Source: a virus | Taxonomy: Duplodnaviria > Caudoviricetes | DNA length: 64,000 bases | IMG/VR virus record: IMGVR_UViG_2595698524_000001 | Location: 64,001 to 128,000 of that record | Reading direction: 5' to 3' (one strand) | In this document: positions 1 to 8,664 of the stretch, piece by piece | Numbering within the stretch: the first letter of the stretch is position 1 | Layout: every line of letters begins with the position of its first letter | The notes under the pieces: generated by a model | The model's input: only the letters and a program-made list of their open reading frames with translations | What the model was told of the DNA's origin: nothing | Database searches by the model: none | Position numbers and translations under genes: made by a program

Positions 1-2
1 CC

Positions 3-68
3 AGCGTGGTTAAAGGCTACGAGCAGTGCCGTGCTAATGGCCATAGCAGCATGACCTGCAACCGTTAA
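3..68 (+). CDS. 3' end of an upstream CDS (partial; ...SVVKGYEQCRANGHSSMTCNR*)
   Basis: Open frame from the window edge to TAA at 66-68, with phage-like codons. Confidence 0.4.
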   Translation, partial: SVVKGYEQCRANGHSSMTCNR

Positions 69-141
69 GTAATACCGTAGTACCCGATAAATAAAGTAAT
101 CATACCTTCTGCAAATCTATCTAATATACTTGGAGCTAATC

Positions 142-585
142 ATGACTATCACCGTTAACCACCTGACTGCATCTACTATCACCACCGAAGTTAAAGATTA
201 CGTGCGTAATCACCCAGTTGCTCTGCTGTGCCTGACTAACTACGTTTACTCTGGCCGTGACCTGCAAGAGCTGACTGTAGATGAACTGAGCCGCGTTCAC
301 GATGAGAACGTTGCCAAAGTTTCCCAACTGAAATTGGAAGTACCTGAAGCCGACCAGCCTCAGGAAGTTCTGAATCAGTATTACCATAACGCGATTGTTC
401 ATGCGCTGGTATCTGACGAAATCAATCGTCCTTTCGAAGCGTCTACTATCCCAACGATGGTAGACGAACTGGTTGAACGTGTTCGCACTAGCGACCGCGT
501 TGGTCAGTATTACGCAATCCTGCTGAAGTCAGAGCCGGAGTCTGAGAAATTCTTCGACGACATGAAAGCTTTGATTTTAGAGTAA
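142..585 (+). CDS. hypothetical protein
   Basis: GGAG SD at 132-135 before ATG 142 (ORF track starts upstream at TTG); highly expressed codon style; followed by terminator. Confidence 0.8.
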   Translation: MTITVNHLTASTITTEVKDYVRNHPVALLCLTNYVYSGRDLQELTVDELSRVHDENVAKVSQLKLEVPEADQPQEVLNQYYHNAIVHALVSDEINRPFEASTIPTMVDELVERVRTSDRVGQYYAILLKSEPESEKFFDDMKALILE

Positions 586-593
586 GACCAACT

Positions 594-626
594 GGGGAAC
601 TTCGGTTCCCCCTAACTTTATTTTTT
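594..626 (+). terminator. intrinsic terminator, cUUCGg hairpin
   Basis: GGGGAAC-TTCG-GTTCCCC, then CTAAC-TTTATTTTTT. Confidence 0.75.
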
Positions 627-642
627 CCTGAGGAGTAATCGA

Positions 643-1230
643 ATGACGTTTGAAATGGGCACCGACACTAAAATCCCTGTTCTCAATGCAAAAGGCGTAG
701 CGGCACATCCATACGCCCCGCTTGAAGTGGGTATGCTGGTAAACCAGCGTAACCGTAACGGAATGGCACAACCTGACCATGTCCGTAAATCAGCGTTTGT
801 CTTTAACTGGTTCCGTGAATTCCACTTCATTGAATTGGAAGACGATATGATTGACTGGGTCGATGATTCCCCGTGGTTGCAGAAACCGATTTTCATGTTC
901 CACATGGACCTGCCGGATTACGGTGAACCGCTGTTACGTAATGCCATCAAAGACGTTCCTATTCAGCACGCGCTGCGCCGTTGTGATGGCTACAAGGGTA
1001 TGATTTACACCATCGAAGACTTCGGTGACATTCACGGGAACTTCAAAGAAAGCGTCACGACCAGCCGTGCGAACTTCCTGAACAAAGTTAAGGAGAACAT
1101 CCCAGACTTCCAGTTCCCGACCAGTAACTACATTAGCCCAACCGTCTGGCGTGAGGTATCTCACCTCATCGTTAACGAATACGGTAATCTGGTAGAAACC
1201 GTTGTTCGCGAGCCGGTTGAACGGACATAA
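643..1230 (+). CDS. hypothetical protein
   Basis: 195-aa ORF with GAGGAG SD. Confidence 0.8.
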   Translation: MTFEMGTDTKIPVLNAKGVAAHPYAPLEVGMLVNQRNRNGMAQPDHVRKSAFVFNWFREFHFIELEDDMIDWVDDSPWLQKPIFMFHMDLPDYGEPLLRNAIKDVPIQHALRRCDGYKGMIYTIEDFGDIHGNFKESVTTSRANFLNKVKENIPDFQFPTSNYISPTVWREVSHLIVNEYGNLVETVVREPVERT

Positions 1231-1235
1231 AGCCC

Positions 1236-1290
1236 ACCCCCGTACCCACAAGGGTACGGGGGTCATAAACCTCTTCGGTTTATTTTTTTT
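1236..1290. terminator. terminator between convergent genes
   Basis: 12-bp stem ACCCCCGTACCC-ACAA-GGGTACGGGGGT, a second small hairpin and a T-tract. Confidence 0.8.
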
Positions 1291-1292
1291 GC

Positions 1293-2834
1293 TTAGAACA
1301 AATCTCCGGACATGCCGCCGGTGAACTTATTGATAGAGTTGGCAGTTACTTCAACTTCCTTATCCACATCCCAAGGCAGGATGCAATGGTCTTCAAACGG
1401 TATTACAGTGTAGTGATGTTTTTCAGGCGTGTCGATAATGGTACGATGTTTACCACGCTGCACTTCTAAATAACTACGTCCTTCAATTACACGCTTGTTG
1501 AAGAACATCTCACCGTCGGCTTCGTTATCCAGAGAGGAACAGGTATCGTACAGACCGCGACCCGGTAACGACTTAACGAATGCAGATTCATCAATCGCTT
1601 TCAGTCGTTTACCTTCCGGGCTAATCTGGTGTGGGCCTAAGATGAACCCACGGTTACGTACCACCTGAATGTTACGGGCGATACGATAAATCTCTTTAAT
1701 GTCGGAACCTGCAATACCGTTTCCGTGACCTGCTTTGTTGATGGTACCAAAGTAGTCTGCACGAATCCCAACAACATGATAACCACGACGCTTCGCATCG
1801 CTGATAAGGTCATTGAGGTAGTGCACTTTGAAATCGGAGTTGGTATGTTTCTGGAACTCATAGTTCCATCCGTTCCGGTTCAGTTTCGAACAGACGTAAT
1901 CTGCCATCGCAGTGACGTCCTGATTCACCATGTCCGCTTTCACGCCTTCGAAGTGACCATACAGCATCTGATAAGCAGTTGCGATATTGATATCGAGTTC
2001 GTTCTCAAGCGACAGGTCAAGAATCATTGGCTGCAAATCACCCTTGACATCTTTCATCACGTATTCCGGTGTGTTGAATACCGGAACCGAGATTGCCATG
2101 CAAAGACTAAACAGAGACTTACAGTTAAACGGCAGAGCGGGCATCAGCCACATCTCTTCGGTAATCCCGCCATTACAACCCATCATACGGTTTATGGATT
2201 GCCAGCCCGTACGTAAGCCGTGACCCGCTGCTTTATCTTTGATGGAGCTAAACACTTTCGCAAACGGTGCAGCGTTCGCTGTGTTCAGTGTGTTCACCAA
2301 AGATGGAATCTTATTATGACTACGTTCAGTGAACGTGGAGATGGAGTCACGAAGATTACCTAAAGCGGTGCTGAGGTCAATACGGGTCTCGGTACCGTTC
2401 AATGCACCAAATGCTTGACCCAGAGTTTTACGCAAAGTAATCGCGTTTAATGACTGGCGCAATTGGAAGTAATGACGCGATACCATCTTATTGAGGTAAG
2501 CAACACGCTCCTCGGGTTTTGTGTCGTCCGGTATATCGTCGCCCGCGATAAATTCTACTACGGTATCGTATAGGGGACGATTCTGCGTTGTTGCCAGTTT
2601 TAACTGGCGCATGACGGCATCGTGATCGTATGTAACCTGTCCGTCAATGATGGGTTCGATAATCGCTTTGATTTCGGTGAGTGCGAGACGTTCGTCGTCC
2701 TCATCGACATAATCCGGAAGACGAGATTCCGCCAATACCTTTCTTATGACCTCATGATCAGTTTGAGGTTCGGTTAAAAGGCTTTCCGCGTGCAAAGTGG
2801 CTAATGCGGTAATCAACATCGTCTTAATATTCAT
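1293..2834 (-). CDS. DnaB-like replicative helicase (phiKZ-type)
   Basis: TGWQSINRMMG, variant Walker A ALPFNCKS, LSLENE, ADY, HQIS and RGKHR motifs; lies just upstream of the capsid gene as in phiKZ-like phages. Confidence 0.85.
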   Translation of the reverse strand: MNIKTMLITALATLHAESLLTEPQTDHEVIRKVLAESRLPDYVDEDDERLALTEIKAIIEPIIDGQVTYDHDAVMRQLKLATTQNRPLYDTVVEFIAGDDIPDDTKPEERVAYLNKMVSRHYFQLRQSLNAITLRKTLGQAFGALNGTETRIDLSTALGNLRDSISTFTERSHNKIPSLVNTLNTANAAPFAKVFSSIKDKAAGHGLRTGWQSINRMMGCNGGITEEMWLMPALPFNCKSLFSLCMAISVPVFNTPEYVMKDVKGDLQPMILDLSLENELDINIATAYQMLYGHFEGVKADMVNQDVTAMADYVCSKLNRNGWNYEFQKHTNSDFKVHYLNDLISDAKRRGYHVVGIRADYFGTINKAGHGNGIAGSDIKEIYRIARNIQVVRNRGFILGPHQISPEGKRLKAIDESAFVKSLPGRGLYDTCSSLDNEADGEMFFNKRVIEGRSYLEVQRGKHRTIIDTPEKHHYTVIPFEDHCILPWDVDKEVEVTANSINKFTGGMSGDLF

Positions 2835-2845
2835 GGAGCAACCTT

Positions 2846-3388
2846 ATGCTAATTCGTTTTAGTCCGCCGTGGGAAGATGGTCCTGACATAGATAAAGGTG
2901 CTAGTGTAAAAAAGTTAGCAGACCTTCAGGCCATGTTCTTTAATTGGCTCTACGATTGCCAACAAGGTTTCAGTTCTAAGACCTTACCCGAGCAATCCCC
3001 TGTTCGACTGTTTGAAGTGTTCATGGCCCGCCCTGAGTGTTCGAGCAGTTATTATGACTACCTACTCAACTTAGTTGAAACGGGTGGAAAAGTGACTCTG
3101 TCTGATTTATATGGGATAGAGTTTCCTGAAAGTCGACTCCGTTGGAAGTTTAAACTCCTGGACGACAAAACGGTTGTAGCGAAGTTGGTTGGTGAATCAG
3201 ACCTATCATGTGGGTTCGACGTTACCGACGAGCTAACTGCAAAAAAGATGTTCTGCGCAGAACTTTTTAAATTCATGCGTCCGAAGACTCGCGTCGTCGA
3301 CGACACGTATAGCACTTCTACGCAATTCGCGCAAAACGAAGTGTTAACGGCGTTATACGCATGTCATCTAACTGAAAGGGTATTATGA
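2846..3388 (+). CDS. hypothetical protein, probably virion-associated
   Basis: 180-aa ORF with GGAG SD, coupled to the MCP start by an ATGA overlap. Confidence 0.75.
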   Translation: MLIRFSPPWEDGPDIDKGASVKKLADLQAMFFNWLYDCQQGFSSKTLPEQSPVRLFEVFMARPECSSSYYDYLLNLVETGGKVTLSDLYGIEFPESRLRWKFKLLDDKTVVAKLVGESDLSCGFDVTDELTAKKMFCAELFKFMRPKTRVVDDTYSTSTQFAQNEVLTALYACHLTERVL

Positions 3389-5643
3389 TGAAAGAAAGTC
3401 GTATCATTAAGCTGGAGTCGCTGATCGACGTTGGCCAAAAAATGGTTGATAACGCTAAGCTTAGCGGTAACTCCGAAGTGCTGTGGAAAACCATGGTAGG
3501 GCGCGAGTCCATTAAAGGCAGTCGTGATCTGATGAAAACTCAGACCGAAACCGCGGTCGCCAATTATCAGGAAGTCGACGGTAAGAAACTGGGCGTAGCT
3601 GCACAGCGCGCATCCAACATGATCCTCGCTGCGGCTCACAACCCAATGGGCTTCGTCACCACCGTGGCGCAAGAGTCCCTGAAGGCTGACTACGACAAGT
3701 TCCAGTCTGCTTCTTTCGCCGGCGCAACCGACGTTGACTACGGCAAAAACTTCATCGGTGCAGAATACTACTCCGATAAAGACCTGGACAAAAACCTGGG
3801 CCTGAGCTGGACTCTGAACGTACGTGCACTGGAAACCCAGTCCCGTTTCGCAGAAACCCTGTATCCGACCATCACCGTTGACAGCAACGATGTTGGTATC
3901 ACGATCCGTACCAAAATCACCACTGTAACCCGCGGCGTCATGAACGCACTGCTGGCCAAAGACAGTGTTGAAGATAACCGTCGTCCGCTGCACGATGCGC
4001 TGACCGACCACCGTGTTCTGCAGGATGATGCAATCCGCATCGTTCCGTACATCATGGAAGACGGCAAAAACGCCGAGTTCTTCGTTGACCCTAACATCAT
4101 CGAAAACACCACTGTACAGCTGGGCCGCGTGCCGGCGTATCCGACTAACTACCTGAACTTCGAGCAAACCCAGCTGAACCTGTTCCGTCTGGCCGCTCAC
4201 CCGGGTATCGTTACCGAAGGTTACGACGAAACCGACGAAATCGCACCGGGCGCAGCTCTGGGCGAAATCCTGCTGTCCGTGCGTAAGAAAGGCGAAGCGA
4301 TCGCTGATGGCGCGCTGTTCAAAATCAACACCCGCGACATGCAATACTCTACTTTCCAGCGTCCTGCTGAAGGTGGTGGTCGTGAGCTGCTGCTGAACTT
4401 CCGCGCAACTGTGTTTACCATCAACGGTAAATCCAAAGACTGGAAAGGCAACGAAATGCCTGCCCTGGACGCGCTGAAAGCGAACGGCTATAGCCTGCGC
4501 TTCGTGATTTCTGTGAACATGAGCATGCACACCACTGGTGACCGCTCTGGCTTCGTGGACATCACTGGTAAGTCTCTGCGTATCGACTCCGTGGTAACTG
4601 CTGACGGTACTAAACTGCCGATCAACGAAGGCTCCGTGAAAACCATCCTGGACAACATCCAGCTGGAACTCTACGGCTGGCGCTTCGATGGTACTCGTAC
4701 CAACGAAAACCGTCGTACTCAGGGCCTGATGCTTGACCCGATCTGGGAGCAGGAAAACTACAAACTGCAGTACGGTTCTCCGCTGCTGACCAAATCTCCA
4801 ATCGGTCAGGAGTACGATGACGCTGAGCGTCTGGATGACCTGATCTCTGCGGTTAACATCCGTAACGAATCCCTGGCTGTTAGCCAGACTCTGAACTACA
4901 CCGAACAGCTGCGCGAAGTTGTTGCTGCTAAAGTTACGGCGTACGACAAGTCTGCTATCCGCGGTCTGGGCCGTCACTGGGTGTCTGCATGGTTCGAAGA
5001 GCTGGAATTCGATGTGTCCAAACACATCCAGACCTCCGATACCAAAGATGCGCTGGTTAACGCCCGTCAGGGTCTGCTGAACCGTCTGGGTGATCAGGTT
5101 ACCCGTGCAATTCAGGAATCTCGCTACATGCCGGCTCTGCGCCTGCTGACTGCGAACCCTGACGCACGTCCGGTAGTTGTGATTGCAACTGACGAGCCGA
5201 CTGCTTCTATGCTGCTGCTGCAGCAGGGTGAAACCCGTATCCTGGGTGACCGCTACCAGTACGAAGTCGTTACCACTAACGATGACCGCTGGCGTGTGAA
5301 AGACGCGGATTACAACTCTGTAACTCGTCGTCTGCAATGGGTGCTGCGTGTTGACCAGGAGAACGACGGTTCTTACTGCGTTCTGAACTGGGGTAACCAC
5401 TTCTGGTCTCCGGTAATGGTAACCAACATCAACATCCAGCGTAACGGTGGTGTGTCTAAAGAGCTGGCAGTTCAGCCTCGTAACGCGCACATCAACCACT
5501 GCCCAATCGCCGGGGTTATCCTGATCAAAGGTATCACCGAGTTCGTTGCGAAGAAACTGGCTTACTATGTCGAGCTGGCTAACGCACCGACCGACGACAC
5601 CAATCTGGGTCCGGTTGACGGTTCTGATGGCGCTGGCGCGTAA
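3385..5643 (+). CDS. major capsid protein precursor (phiKZ gp120-like)
   Basis: 752 aa; extreme codon optimisation; LYPTITV and HINHCPI motifs; N-terminal A/G-x-E protease sites (AQE, GAE); synteny. Confidence 0.9.
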   Translation: MMKESRIIKLESLIDVGQKMVDNAKLSGNSEVLWKTMVGRESIKGSRDLMKTQTETAVANYQEVDGKKLGVAAQRASNMILAAAHNPMGFVTTVAQESLKADYDKFQSASFAGATDVDYGKNFIGAEYYSDKDLDKNLGLSWTLNVRALETQSRFAETLYPTITVDSNDVGITIRTKITTVTRGVMNALLAKDSVEDNRRPLHDALTDHRVLQDDAIRIVPYIMEDGKNAEFFVDPNIIENTTVQLGRVPAYPTNYLNFEQTQLNLFRLAAHPGIVTEGYDETDEIAPGAALGEILLSVRKKGEAIADGALFKINTRDMQYSTFQRPAEGGGRELLLNFRATVFTINGKSKDWKGNEMPALDALKANGYSLRFVISVNMSMHTTGDRSGFVDITGKSLRIDSVVTADGTKLPINEGSVKTILDNIQLELYGWRFDGTRTNENRRTQGLMLDPIWEQENYKLQYGSPLLTKSPIGQEYDDAERLDDLISAVNIRNESLAVSQTLNYTEQLREVVAAKVTAYDKSAIRGLGRHWVSAWFEELEFDVSKHIQTSDTKDALVNARQGLLNRLGDQVTRAIQESRYMPALRLLTANPDARPVVVIATDEPTASMLLLQQGETRILGDRYQYEVVTTNDDRWRVKDADYNSVTRRLQWVLRVDQENDGSYCVLNWGNHFWSPVMVTNINIQRNGGVSKELAVQPRNAHINHCPIAGVILIKGITEFVAKKLAYYVELANAPTDDTNLGPVDGSDGAGA

Positions 5644-5670
5644 GCGTTTATGCCATTGAGCTGGTAAAAA

Positions 5671-5738
5671 ATACGCCGAGAAATCGGCGTATGGTATTCG
5701 GGAGTCCCTTCGGGGGCTCCCGTATATTTTTATTTTTT
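5671..5738 (+). terminator. tandem hairpins and terminator after MCP
   Basis: ATACGCCGA-GAAA-TCGGCGTAT, then CGGGAGTCCC-TTCG-GGGGCTCCCG and a T-tract. Confidence 0.85.
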
Positions 5739-5785
5739 ACGTGATGAGTATGTCTTATGCAAGAGAGGTGCAGTGTAAAAAAACA

Positions 5786-5807
5786 TAGACATATGTTATT
5801 TTCGTGA
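5786..5807 (+). promoter_or_regulatory. putative early (virion RNAP) promoter, 22-bp motif
   Basis: TAGACATATGTTATTTTCGTGA matches copies at 24182, 30039 and 42477. Confidence 0.6.
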
Positions 5808-5834
5808 CATCCTGCAATAAAAGAGGTCTACGTT

Positions 5835-6842
5835 GTGAACTTCCAGCAACAACGGCCCTCTGCAATAGCGACTATAATGCCAGCTTATCAACCGTTCAGT
5901 AGGACGGTGGTCTATGAGAATCGTACGGGCTTTCCAATTACAGCCAGTCAAGCTCATGGCGAGTACGTGGTTATTCACCCGTTGAATGAACAAGTGCCGA
6001 AGATGGAATTTAGCGTCTATGTACATTACCACGCAAGAACCGAAGCAAACCTTGCGGGTTTAAAGGGGGCCTTAACCGATACTGAATATAGTTTGGTTAG
6101 GGATGGAATCGTAGAGCGCGGTCATGCCACGTTGAAGTATTGCGTGACAGATTTCAGTGCGTTCGCGTTGGAAGAGGGAATCCATCTTCCTGCGGTGGGG
6201 GTTGCGTTAGTGAAGGGTGTGGTAACGAACCATGTCTATCCGACGGAGAAACCTGCAGTAAGCGAATCATTGGGAAGTTCTCACTTACAGATTGCCGTAA
6301 GTGTAGTAACAGACCAAGTCCTACGGACAGAACGAAAATACATTCGATTTCTCTCTAGCGTTATTGAGGTGCAACCTCAGGCGAGTTCAGTTTACGAACC
6401 TGGCGTATACATCATGATTAATCCTAATGGGCCAAAACCCATGATGGAGTTTTTCCCACTTGGCGACAGACGATGTCCGTTCCAAGTGTTCCCTAGTCGA
6501 GCACAAGCAGAGGCATTTGAATGGGAGGATAGTTCTCCTGAGTATTTGTCGATGCTGAAAGAACAAATTGCTCGAGATAGGATACTGTTAGATAAGGAGG
6601 CTACAGAGAAACGCAATGAGTTGGAGCTTGCACATAAAGCACAACTCGATGACCTTGCGCTAAGAAAAGAAGAGATGAGCATGGAACGTAAGGAGCGTGA
6701 GTACGAATTCAAGACGCGCCTAGAACAACAAAAGGCGTATTACGAAGAACGTTCATACGCACGAAAGGACTCTTCAGAGCTGCTGAAGTGGCTACCTGCA
6801 TTAATAACAGGTGCAGCAGCATTGTTTGGATTTTTAGCTTAG
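5835..6842 (+). CDS. conserved jumbo-phage protein with C-terminal coiled coil and hydrophobic tail anchor
   Basis: GTG start with AGAGG SD; E/K/R-rich helix, then WLPALITGAAALFGFLA. Confidence 0.8.
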   Translation: MNFQQQRPSAIATIMPAYQPFSRTVVYENRTGFPITASQAHGEYVVIHPLNEQVPKMEFSVYVHYHARTEANLAGLKGALTDTEYSLVRDGIVERGHATLKYCVTDFSAFALEEGIHLPAVGVALVKGVVTNHVYPTEKPAVSESLGSSHLQIAVSVVTDQVLRTERKYIRFLSSVIEVQPQASSVYEPGVYIMINPNGPKPMMEFFPLGDRRCPFQVFPSRAQAEAFEWEDSSPEYLSMLKEQIARDRILLDKEATEKRNELELAHKAQLDDLALRKEEMSMERKEREYEFKTRLEQQKAYYEERSYARKDSSELLKWLPALITGAAALFGFLA

Positions 6843-6853
6843 CGAGGCAATCA

Positions 6854-8629
6854 ATGTTTAAGGACGCAATAGATTTGTTAGTGTCCTCGGGAGACGTTCC
6901 TAAGTTTAATAAAGCAATTGCGGAAGGTGTGGGCTTTACGCAAGCTAAGGACGGCATCCACAAACGAGTACATTCTATCCTTAAGCGTGAGCTCGTTCAC
7001 AGCAGTGATAACCCCAAACTTCCCGAGGGTTTGGAGTACGTAGGGCTACGACATATGTCGCCGCTGGAAACCTACGTCTTTAGCCTTAAGGATGACAGTA
7101 ATAAGAAGTCACGTCGACGCGGTGTTGCCATCTCCCCATCTGATAAATACATGGTGGCGTTGGAATTCAAAGTGCCGGGTGTCGGACAGTCGGTGTGGCG
7201 TCAGTTATTCTTACCGTTCATCCGTCGTGGTGGGTTTATGTACTCGTGGGGTACGTTGTATCACGTGGCACCGGTAATCCACACACCGGGCATTGTACGC
7301 GAGCACGGTGGTCTCTTCATTAACTTTGACTTTACCCGTAAGGTTACGTTGCAGTTCTGTGACCGCACGGTGAAGATTCTGGTCAATGGTCGTGAAGAGC
7401 AACTCTTCATCCCGGGTTCTTCCACGCTGTACGGTGGTAAAGGACAAGGCGGTGCAGAGAACGGTCCGAAAGCATTACCTTACTGGATATTCGGCAAGTA
7501 CGGGTTCACAGAAGGTATTAAGCGCATGACCGGCGCAAACGTCTTTATCTATCCTGCACATCGTGTCCATGAGCTGGACTTGACGAAGTATGTGGTCATC
7601 CAATCGGGTGAACGTGCGCACTCTCGTGAAATCCAATATGTTCTGGTCACCGACGCGGCAACAATGCCTTCGTCGACACGCGGGGGTTGGACCGAAGATG
7701 AACACGTCTTACTGGTGATGTGTGCGGCATTCTTCCGCGCAGCGCACTTCTATGCTGGTAAACGTATCGGAAGACGCGGGGGAGGACGTGAATTAGCACC
7801 GCTGTTCACCCGCCTCGAGTTAGAATCCGAAGCGGAAGATTTAGCGAACTTAGACTCCGCCGATACATGGAAGGAGATTCTGGGTCGTAGCTGGCTGGGG
7901 AATAAACCAACGGACATTGATGTGCTTCGCAGTATGGAAACACACTTCTCTGAATGTGAACGTTATCTGACGTCACAATTCCGCGGGGAACTGATGATTA
8001 CCGACCCGGAAATTAAACCGGACATTGACTTCTTCGAATTCCTGTTCTACATCGTGAAGTTAATGACGCGTACTCGTCTGACTCGTCAACGTGATATTTC
8101 GTCCATGTATGGTAAGCGACTGACTGTGACGGATTATTTGTTGTTGGGTAATAACGGCTTTACAGCTACTATTTCTAAACTACGTTGGCGTCTCGAAGGA
8201 CTTGATAAGTTTAGTAACAACGGTGAGCGTGCAAACCTCGGTAAAGTCATCACCGACCAACTGAATCGGAACATTATTGCTAACCTCGTTCAGCGTTCTG
8301 AATCGAGCAATGGTGGTATCAGTACATTCAACGCATCCACCGAGTCTCTGGTGCTGGCTATCTCTACGCATGCTATCTCACAAACGGAAACGGATGTGAA
8401 GAAAGGCGGCAGTGGTAAGACGGTTAACCTCAGCGACAAAACGAAACAAGTAAGTGCGTCCATGGCGGAAAACGGTAACGTGTACTACGTGCCGAAGTCT
8501 GCACCGTTTAAATACAACATGCTGAACACTTACATGAAAACCACACCAACGCTGGTGATGGTGCCTAACCCGAAATTGCGTCCGATAATTTCGGTGATTG
8601 AAAACGATTTGGCCAAAATCGGTAATTAA
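6854..8629 (+). CDS. non-virion RNA polymerase beta subunit, N-terminal part (phiKZ gp123-like)
   Basis: LPFIRRGGFMYSWGTLYHVAPV resembles the beta LP..G.F..G region; position two genes after MCP; GAGG SD before ATG 6854. Confidence 0.75.
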   Translation: MFKDAIDLLVSSGDVPKFNKAIAEGVGFTQAKDGIHKRVHSILKRELVHSSDNPKLPEGLEYVGLRHMSPLETYVFSLKDDSNKKSRRRGVAISPSDKYMVALEFKVPGVGQSVWRQLFLPFIRRGGFMYSWGTLYHVAPVIHTPGIVREHGGLFINFDFTRKVTLQFCDRTVKILVNGREEQLFIPGSSTLYGGKGQGGAENGPKALPYWIFGKYGFTEGIKRMTGANVFIYPAHRVHELDLTKYVVIQSGERAHSREIQYVLVTDAATMPSSTRGGWTEDEHVLLVMCAAFFRAAHFYAGKRIGRRGGGRELAPLFTRLELESEAEDLANLDSADTWKEILGRSWLGNKPTDIDVLRSMETHFSECERYLTSQFRGELMITDPEIKPDIDFFEFLFYIVKLMTRTRLTRQRDISSMYGKRLTVTDYLLLGNNGFTATISKLRWRLEGLDKFSNNGERANLGKVITDQLNRNIIANLVQRSESSNGGISTFNASTESLVLAISTHAISQTETDVKKGGSGKTVNLSDKTKQVSASMAENGNVYYVPKSAPFKYNMLNTYMKTTPTLVMVPNPKLRPIISVIENDLAKIGN

Positions 8630-8664
8630 TTTAATACACTAAAACATAATGGAGTAATCAAGAC

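Noticed and set aside
3364-5499. 711-aa antisense ORF opposite the major capsid gene
   Set aside because: Expected shadow of strong codon bias (avoidance of TTA, CTA and TCA in the sense frame); translation is not protein-like
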